From an uncultured delta proteobacterium (GTDB lineage: Bacteria > Myxococcota_A > Polyangia > Polyangiales > Polyangiaceae), in contig CAWAIF010000003.1 in assembly GCA_963782055.1 (NCBI GenBank), forward strand, positions 4,672,001-4,736,000: a stretch of 64,000 bases of DNA, written 5' to 3'. The notes under the pieces were generated by a model. That model was not told the origin of the DNA. It did not search any database and saw nothing but the letters and a program-made list of their open reading frames with translations. The translations under genes and the position numbers were made by a program. Positions 57,785-64,000 of this stretch are shown here, piece by piece. Positions within the stretch are counted from its first letter, which is position 1. The number at the start of each line of letters is the position of its first letter.

Positions 57785-59266
57785 CTACCGCTTCACGCCC
57801 TTCTTCCCCTCCCCCTTCCCCGGCGCCCCCGGCGCGACCGCCCCCTTCACCGCGCTCACCGCCTCCTCGATCGCCTTCAAGCTCGTCGCCCCCGCCAGCA
57901 CGAACAGCATCCCGTAGGTGTCGATCCCCGCCGGATCCAGCCGCGGCGGCCGCACGTACGCGTTCGGCGCGAGCGACTGCCCCCAGCCGTAATAGATCTG
58001 CGCTCCCAGGAGCAGCGTCCCGCCCCGCTGGTGCGAGCCGATGCCGAACGACCAGAAGATCCGCTGGATCTGCGAGGGAGCGGCCCCGCTGTCGGAGATG
58101 GAGTCCACGGCCGACAGGTCCGTCCCGAACCCCCCCAGCACGCTGAAGTGCGGCCGGACGAACACCTCCGCCCCGACGCCCGCGTTGAACGCCGGCTGGT
58201 AGCGCGTGGTGAGCGTGCGCGCAGCGGTCGCGGCGGCGCCGGCCGACTGCACCTGGGTACCGGTGGTGTCGAGCACCAGCGGGTCGCCGTCGGCGAGCGC
58301 GAGCTGCGCGTCCAGCTCCACCGTGCCGGTGCTCCACTGGTAGCCCACGCCGAGCCCGAAGCGCGTCGGCGCGCGCGCGTGGAAGCCGCCCGAGCCGACG
58401 TACGTCGTGGACGATGTCTCCGCCGTGCTGGCGAACTGCACGTAGCGGTTCATGTTGCCGCGTCCGTACACCGAGAGGTCCGGCGTCTGCACGCTCGCGC
58501 CGATGGTGAAGCTGCCGACGCCGAGCGTGGCGCCGAAGAGCCCGCTCAGCCCGAAGTCGGTCCCGCTCGCCCCCGACTGGAAGGCGCTGGAGGTGACCGG
58601 CAGCGTCCCGCCCGTCGTCGTCGTCCCCACCCCGTAGATGGTGCTGTAGTCGGTGAAGGTCCCGTGGACGGACGCGCCGAGTGCCAGCGAGTCGGTCACG
58701 TCGACCGCGTAGGTGGGCGCCACCACGAAGCGCTGCCAGTTGGTGCGGATGGAGCTGGACTGCAGCGTGGAGCGATCGGCGGAGGACGCCTTGTAGCCCT
58801 GGCCGACCCAGTCGAAGGAGGCGCGCTCCGTCGCCCCGAGGCAGGTGGCGAGCTGCTGCCGCCCCGCGTGGCCTTCCTTCGCGCTGCCGATGCGTGGCAG
58901 CCCGAAGAAGAGGCAGAACGTCGAGGGCACGGCGTTGCCGGAGACGCGCGTGATGGTGGCGTCGGAGCTGCGCGGGACGTTGCCGTAGGTCGCCGCGTCC
59001 ACCTGCCCGGGCACGTACCAGTTGGAGGCGTGGGTGATGTCCAGCGACACGAAGTTCAGCGAGAGCGCCAGCGAGGAGTCCACCCGCACCACGGTGGCGG
59101 GGTTGAGGAAGGGCGCAGCCCCGTCGTTGCCCAGCGCCACGCCGGTGTTGCCCATGAGCGCCGAGCGGCCTCCGGTGGGGGCGGAGCGGTAGTTCCCCTG
59201 CGCCAGGGCGGTCCGGGTGCCGAGCAGGAGGAGCAGGACGATGGCCCCCAGCACGAACCGCCGCAT
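57785..59266 (-). CDS. Outer-membrane beta-barrel protein (FadL-like N-terminus)
   Basis: Signal peptide; GGRSALMGN.G.A...D......NPA motif; alternating beta-strand pattern. Confidence 0.65.
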   Translation of the reverse strand: MRRFVLGAIVLLLLLGTRTALAQGNYRSAPTGGRSALMGNTGVALGNDGAAPFLNPATVVRVDSSLALSLNFVSLDITHASNWYVPGQVDAATYGNVPRSSDATITRVSGNAVPSTFCLFFGLPRIGSAKEGHAGRQQLATCLGATERASFDWVGQGYKASSADRSTLQSSSIRTNWQRFVVAPTYAVDVTDSLALGASVHGTFTDYSTIYGVGTTTTGGTLPVTSSAFQSGASGTDFGLSGLFGATLGVGSFTIGASVQTPDLSVYGRGNMNRYVQFASTAETSSTTYVGSGGFHARAPTRFGLGVGYQWSTGTVELDAQLALADGDPLVLDTTGTQVQSAGAAATAARTLTTRYQPAFNAGVGAEVFVRPHFSVLGGFGTDLSAVDSISDSGAAPSQIQRIFWSFGIGSHQRGGTLLLGAQIYYGWGQSLAPNAYVRPPRLDPAGIDTYGMLFVLAGATSLKAIEEAVSAVKGAVAPGAPGKGEGKKGVKR

Positions 59267-59340
59267 GACCCACTGATAGCCCAACTCCGGCCGACGCACG
59301 GCTGAGTCTGCGGGTCCCCGCCCCGCCAGCCCTCTTTTCG

Positions 59341-59366
59341 GTAACTTCCGGGGCGCGGTGGCTCAC
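59341..59366 (+). promoter_or_regulatory. Putative autoregulated ECF promoter GTAAC-N18-CAC
   Basis: CTTTTCGGTAAC is shared with 62876-62887, with the same spacing to CAC. Confidence 0.55.
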
Positions 59367-59375
59367 AATGTCCAG

Positions 59376-59966
59376 GTGGGTCTCCCTGCACGCCTCCGCA
59401 CCGACGACATCGACCTCGCGCGCCGCTGCGCCGCCGGGGATCGGGCCGCCCAGCGCGACGTCTTCCAGCACCAGAAGGCGCGCGTCCACGCGACGCTCTA
59501 CCGGATCCTCGGGTCCAACGCCGAGATCGACGACCTCCTCCAGGAGACCTTCATCGAGATCTTCCGCTCGCTGGGCGGCTTCCGCGGCGAGGCGCTCCTG
59601 TCCACCTGGGTGGATCGCATCGCGGTGCGCGTCGCCTTCGCCTACATCCGGCGCCGGCGGCACGACGTGCGCCTGTCGCTGGTCCCGGAGATGGCCTCCG
59701 GCGACGCCTCCGCGGAGGACCGCGCCCTCGCCCGGGAGGCGGCGCGCCGCCTCTACGCGATCCTGGACAAGGTCGAGACGAACCAGCGCATCGCCTTCAC
59801 GCTGCACGTGGTCGACGGCCGCCCGCTGGAGGAGGTCGCCAGGATCATGGGCGCCACCACGGTGACCACCAAGGTGCGGGCATGGCGCGCCGCGCGCCTC
59901 GTCGAGAAGCGCGCCAAGCACGACCCGCTGCTCGCGCAGTTCGTGCCCAGCCAGGAGGGAAAGTGA
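59376..59966 (+). CDS. ECF RNA polymerase sigma factor (alternative start 59358)
   Basis: DDLLQETF (region 2), FRGEA.LSTW, region 4 EEVARIMG....TTKVR..RA. Confidence 0.9.
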   Translation: MGLPARLRTDDIDLARRCAAGDRAAQRDVFQHQKARVHATLYRILGSNAEIDDLLQETFIEIFRSLGGFRGEALLSTWVDRIAVRVAFAYIRRRRHDVRLSLVPEMASGDASAEDRALAREAARRLYAILDKVETNQRIAFTLHVVDGRPLEEVARIMGATTVTTKVRAWRAARLVEKRAKHDPLLAQFVPSQEGK

Positions 59967-59968
59967 CC

Positions 59969-60964
59969 ATGCCTCGCCGTCCGGACCTGGAACCCCTGAG
60001 CGCGGCGCGCTGGGCGCGCGTCGAGCGTGAGCTCTTCGACCGCCTGGACCGCGAGGAGGCCTCGCCGCAGCCGGAGACGGCCCCCGCGCGCCGCACCGCC
60101 CTGCGGACCATGACCGGCCTGATGCTGGCGGGCGCCGCCGCGGCAATCGTGGGCGCGGTCTCCTGGGAGGCGCTGCGCCCGTCGCACGCGGCGACGGCGG
60201 GCGTGTCGCGCGTCGCCACCGAGGGGAGCGCGTCGCACGTGGAGTTCGGCGAGGCGAGCCTGGACGTCGGCCCGCACTCCGCCGTGCTGCTGGAGGGCGA
60301 CGCGGCCGGGGGCGTGACTGTCCTGCTCGATCACGGCGACGTGGAGTGCGAGGTCGCCCCGCGCAAGGCGCGCCCGCCCTTCGTGGTTCGCTCCGGCGAG
60401 GTGAGCGTGCGGGTGGTCGGCACGCGCTTCCACGTCACCCGCACCGGAGACGCCACGCGCGTGGAGGTGGAGCGCGGCACGGTGGAGGTGGACGAGCACG
60501 ATCAGAGGACGTTCGTGCACAACGGCGAGACCTGGCCGGCGCCTCCCGCGCCGCCGGCCGCCGCCACCGCGGGCGCGGCGCCCGGGCGCGGCGCCGCCGC
60601 GAGCCCGCCGCCGACGCGCGCTCTGCACTCCGGGTCGACGCCGCTCGGCGCGGAGGCTGCCTGGGCTTCGCCGCCTCCTCCGAGCGCAACCGCCGCCGCG
60701 CCACCGCGACCGTCACCGCGCGAGCGCTACGAGCAGGCCCTGCGGACGGAGACGAGCCAGCCCGACACGTCGCTCGCGACGTATCGAGAGCTCGCCCAGG
60801 GTACGGGGCCGTGGGCCATGAACGCGCTCTTCGCCGAGGGCCGGCTGGAGTCGGAGCGCGGGCACAACGCCGAGGCCACCCGCCTGCTCGACGAGTACCT
60901 GCTGCGCTTCCCCACCGGCCCCAACGCCGAGGACGCGCGCCAGCTCCGCGCAAGGCTGGAGTAG
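59969..60964 (+). CDS. FecR-domain anti-sigma factor with C-terminal TPR-like helices
   Basis: TM helix; F.V......V.VVGTRF.V...V.V.RG.V.V; YL.RFP.G. Confidence 0.82.
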   Translation: MPRRPDLEPLSAARWARVERELFDRLDREEASPQPETAPARRTALRTMTGLMLAGAAAAIVGAVSWEALRPSHAATAGVSRVATEGSASHVEFGEASLDVGPHSAVLLEGDAAGGVTVLLDHGDVECEVAPRKARPPFVVRSGEVSVRVVGTRFHVTRTGDATRVEVERGTVEVDEHDQRTFVHNGETWPAPPAPPAAATAGAAPGRGAAASPPPTRALHSGSTPLGAEAAWASPPPPSATAAAPPRPSPRERYEQALRTETSQPDTSLATYRELAQGTGPWAMNALFAEGRLESERGHNAEATRLLDEYLLRFPTGPNAEDARQLRARLE

Positions 60965-61034
60965 GATGGCCCGCAGGGCGACGCCCCTTGCCCGGCGCCG
61001 CACCGCGCCGCACCCGCGGCGCCGCCCTCCTTCC

Positions 61035-62093
61035 ATGAGCCCGCGGGCGCGCCGAAATCTCCTGCTCGTGACGGCCTTGCTGGCGGCGCCCACCGCCCGC
61101 GCGGACTCGCCGTCCCCTGCCGCCTCCTCGTCCACGGCCGCCCCGCGGCTCGTCACCGTCCGCGCGGATCCCGGCCTGTCACACGCGCTGGACGTCGCCC
61201 TGGCCTCCTGGCACGTCCGGCTGGTGCCGGTGGATGGCCCGGTGCCCGACGCCGACCTCGACGAGGCCATACGCACCGCCCACCGCCTCGCCCGCGAGTC
61301 CGGCGCGCAGGCGGTCCTCTGGCTGCGTCGCGGCCCGACCCACGGCGGGGAGTGGTCGCTCTGGATGTACGACGAGCGCGCCCACCAGGTCACCGTCCGT
61401 CCGCTGGATGGCGCCCCGCCCTTCGACGACGCGGCCGCGGCGTCGGTCGCGCTGACCGTCAAGACGCTGCTGCGCCCCGTGCTCGAGACGCGTGCGCCGC
61501 CGGAGCCGCCTGCGGGCAGCGACGAGACGGCGGCGCCCGCGACGCCCAGGACGCCCCCGCCGGGGCGGCACACCGCCCGCGTGGAGAGCTACGTGGCGGC
61601 GCGCGTGCCCACCGACGCGACCGACCCCGCCGCGGTCCGCTTCGGCGTGGAGGGGACATGGTTCCCCTCCTGGTTCCGGCAGTACCTCGGGCTGAGCCTC
61701 TCGGTCGACGGCGGGCCCTCGGTGCTCGTGGACAGGCCCGGCATCTTCTCCGGCACCTTCACCGACGTCACGCTCGGCCTCTCGGTGCGCGGCCGCCTGC
61801 ACCTGCGGCGGTGGATGTCCGTCGAGCTCGGCCTCGGGCCAGGCTTGCACGTCACCACCATCGAGGGCAGCTCACCCTCCGGCGATCTCTCCGGCCGCGT
61901 CTCGCGCGTCGACCCGTCCCTCGACGCCCTGCTGGGGGTGGAGTTCGGGTGGGGCCCCCTGCGCGTCGGACCGGTGGTGGGGCTCACCTTCCTGATGCGC
62001 TATCAGCACTACACCGTCGGTCCCCAGAGCGTGCTGGACGTGCCCCCGACGCAGGTTCAGGGCGGCCTCCGCCTCGGGGTGGAGCTGCCATGA
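61035..62093 (+). CDS. Secreted/outer-membrane hypothetical protein
   Basis: Signal peptide ending ARA; C-terminal beta-barrel-like strands. Confidence 0.65.
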   Translation: MSPRARRNLLLVTALLAAPTARADSPSPAASSSTAAPRLVTVRADPGLSHALDVALASWHVRLVPVDGPVPDADLDEAIRTAHRLARESGAQAVLWLRRGPTHGGEWSLWMYDERAHQVTVRPLDGAPPFDDAAAASVALTVKTLLRPVLETRAPPEPPAGSDETAAPATPRTPPPGRHTARVESYVAARVPTDATDPAAVRFGVEGTWFPSWFRQYLGLSLSVDGGPSVLVDRPGIFSGTFTDVTLGLSVRGRLHLRRWMSVELGLGPGLHVTTIEGSSPSGDLSGRVSRVDPSLDALLGVEFGWGPLRVGPVVGLTFLMRYQHYTVGPQSVLDVPPTQVQGGLRLGVELP

Positions 62094-62875
62094 CCCTGCG
62101 CGCCGTCCTCTTCGCGTCCTTCCCGCTCGCGCTCGCCGTCGCGGCGTGCGGCCCGGAGAACGTGGACATCCGCGCGGAGCTCGACGCCTCGGCCGACGGC
62201 GCAGCCTGCGCGGACGGAGGCTCGGCCTGCCTGGTGAACGGCGCGAGCTGCGAGGACGGCGAGGAGAGCTCCTGCTGCTCCGGCCGATGCAGCGGCGGCC
62301 AGTGCCTCCCCTCCGGGACGTGCGGTGCGCCCGACGAGAGCTGCACCTCGCGCAGCGCGTGCTGCAGCGGGCGATGCGAGCCCAGCGGCGCGGAGCGCAA
62401 GTGCCTCGGCTTCTGCCGGCCGCTCGGCGCGCGCTGCTCCGGCCCGGAAGACTGCTGCTCGCTCGGCTGCGTGAACGAGAAGTGTGCGGCCGCGGAGTGC
62501 GCGGTCGTGGGGGCCGGCTGCGCGGAGGACACCGACTGCTGCTCGGCCAAGTGCGACAACGCCGTGTGCACCAAGGACGACAGCACCTGCGGCCGCTCGG
62601 GCGAGGGCTGCGCCGCCGGCGCCGACTGCTGCTCCGGCGTGTGCAACCCCACCGCCCACCGGTGCGATCCGGGTCCGGGCCCGTGCCGCGAGCCGGACTC
62701 GCCCTGCGTGAGCGACGCCGACTGCTGCCGCGGGCAGTGCCTGCCGAACGGCCAGGGCATCCCGGTGTGCACCGCCACCTGCCTCCCCGACGGCGCCGAC
62801 TGCAACTCGGCGGGGGACTGCTGCACCGGGAGCTGCGGCGGGGTCCCCGCGCGATGCGGCGCGGCCTGCCGGTGA
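62090..62875 (+). CDS. Cys-rich lipoprotein with seven cystine-knot-like repeats
   Basis: ATGA overlap, lipobox VAAC; C-x6-C-x5-CC-x3-C units. Confidence 0.82.
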   Translation: MTLRAVLFASFPLALAVAACGPENVDIRAELDASADGAACADGGSACLVNGASCEDGEESSCCSGRCSGGQCLPSGTCGAPDESCTSRSACCSGRCEPSGAERKCLGFCRPLGARCSGPEDCCSLGCVNEKCAAAECAVVGAGCAEDTDCCSAKCDNAVCTKDDSTCGRSGEGCAAGADCCSGVCNPTAHRCDPGPGPCREPDSPCVSDADCCRGQCLPNGQGIPVCTATCLPDGADCNSAGDCCTGSCGGVPARCGAACR

Positions 62876-62882
62876 CTTTTCG

Positions 62883-62908
62883 GTAACGGGGCGGGCGCGA
62901 CGCCCCAC
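62883..62908 (+). promoter_or_regulatory. Putative ECF promoter GTAAC-N18-CAC
   Basis: Same motif as 59341-59366. Confidence 0.55.
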
Positions 62909-62932
62909 TGCCCTCCCACAACGGAGGTCTCC

Positions 62933-63454
62933 ATGGTCGGTCATTCGTGGTCGCGGCTCGTCCTCGGGGTGGCGCTGCTCACCGGGCTCGCGGGCTCGGT
63001 GGTGGTGGCGTGCAGCGGCAGCACGGGCACCATCCCCACGTGCACCGGCCAGAACTGCGGCTGCAGCGGCAGCACGTGCGGCTGCGACGGGGGCGCGAAC
63101 TGCAACGTGCAGTGCCAGGCCGGCTCGAGCGGCTGCAACGCGACGTGCAACGGCGTGGTGGACTGCAACGTGAGCTGCGCCGACAACTGCAACGTCAAGT
63201 GCGCCTCCGGCGACAGCTGCACGACGACGTGCGGCACCGGCTGCGTCTACGACTGCAACAGCTCCAAGGTGTGCAAGGTGACGGCGGGCGACGGCTCGTC
63301 GATCAACTGCACCAGCTCCGGGGAGTGCGACGTCACCTGCACGGGGACGTGCACCGTCGACTGCACGAGCGTCGACAAGTGCAACGTCAAGTGCGAGGGC
63401 GGCGCCTCCCCGATCACCTGCGGAGGCAAGAAGGTGTGCGGCGCGAGCTGCTGA
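62933..63454 (+). CDS. Cys-rich lipoprotein with C-x3-C repeats
   Basis: GGAGG RBS, lipobox VVAC; repeated CNVxC/CTVxC units. Confidence 0.82.
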   Translation: MVGHSWSRLVLGVALLTGLAGSVVVACSGSTGTIPTCTGQNCGCSGSTCGCDGGANCNVQCQAGSSGCNATCNGVVDCNVSCADNCNVKCASGDSCTTTCGTGCVYDCNSSKVCKVTAGDGSSINCTSSGECDVTCTGTCTVDCTSVDKCNVKCEGGASPITCGGKKVCGASC

Positions 63455-63461
63455 GCGGCGA

Positions 63462-63998
63462 TCAGCCGCCGCTGGAGCAGAAGAGCGGGGCGACCGACTT
63501 GAAGAGGCCCTCGAAGCCGAGGCCCTGGTCGTCCAGGCAGTTCGCCCAGGTCTGACCCTCGGGGTCGCACACGGCGTCCTCGTAGGTCTTGCAGCCGCCG
63601 GCGGCCGCCGCCTGCGCGCACTGCTCGTAGAGCTGGAAGGACGGCTGGTCGGTGACCGGGCAGACCGCGTCACAGGCCGCGCCCTCGCAGTCGGAGGCTG
63701 CCTGGTACTTGTACGCGCAGTCACCCGTCGTCGGAGGGTTGCCACCCGTCACCAGGGCGATGCAGCCCTCGATGTTCACGCTGACGAGGCCCGTCTTGGA
63801 CACCAGGGCGCTCCAGGTCGCGTCCGTCTGCTTGCTGTTCAGACAGTTGCTGCAGGTCTGGTTGGCCGCGGTCTTGAGCCAGTTGTTGCAGGTCGTCGTC
63901 GTCGCGGCCGTGTCGAGGCAGTTGGTGTAGAAGTCGTCGATCTGCGTCGACGAGCACACGTCCTGCGGAGCCTTCGCGCCCTTGGCGTCGCTCGGGGC
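63462..63998 (-). CDS. Cys-rich hypothetical protein, 5' end outside the window
   Basis: Open frame with strong GC3 bias and many Cys; runs off the window end. Confidence 0.7.
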   Translation of the reverse strand, partial: APSDAKGAKAPQDVCSSTQIDDFYTNCLDTAATTTTCNNWLKTAANQTCSNCLNSKQTDATWSALVSKTGLVSVNIEGCIALVTGGNPPTTGDCAYKYQAASDCEGAACDAVCPVTDQPSFQLYEQCAQAAAAGGCKTYEDAVCDPEGQTWANCLDDQGLGFEGLFKSVAPLFCSSGG

Positions 63999-64000
63999 GA

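Noticed and set aside
56413..59266. P450 as part of a natural-product cluster
   Set aside because: No adjacent precursor, PKS/NRPS or terpene genes; about 30 kb from the MNIO operon.

Overview
Very GC-rich bacterial DNA with the gene style of a myxobacterium (Polyangia-like: many Ser/Thr kinases, Cys-rich lipoproteins, FGE-sulfatase proteins, an FHA-sigma54 activator, an ECF/FecR pair); this taxonomic call is inference. Ordinary genes include fmt (partial), a class II glutamine amidotransferase, a fatty-acid desaturase, Lhr helicase, an SDR, an NhaA antiporter, an RND pump, a DUF4912-GH57-glgA glycogen operon and a P450. Main points of interest: (1) a four-gene operon (23206-26209, minus strand) encoding a YceI-like lipoprotein, a lipoprotein-type precursor with repeated ASCGA motifs, a DUF692/MNIO enzyme and a DUF2063 partner, i.e. 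a candidate membrane-anchored MNIO-modified RiPP system; (2) a ~10 kb island integrated at tRNA-Thr(CGT), bounded by a 47-bp direct repeat, whose decayed integrase frame runs through the att site (Mx8-like C-terminal switch) and which carries a kinase/FHA-EBP module and an HNH-zinc ribbon gene split by an ISL3 element with an 8-bp target duplication; (3) a shared GTAAC-N18-CAC motif upstream of the ECF sigma gene and two Cys-rich lipoprotein genes; (4) tandem paralogous CxxCH-containing propeller lipoproteins; (5) several structured intergenic repeats. Family assignments come from motif recognition by eye, not database searches.
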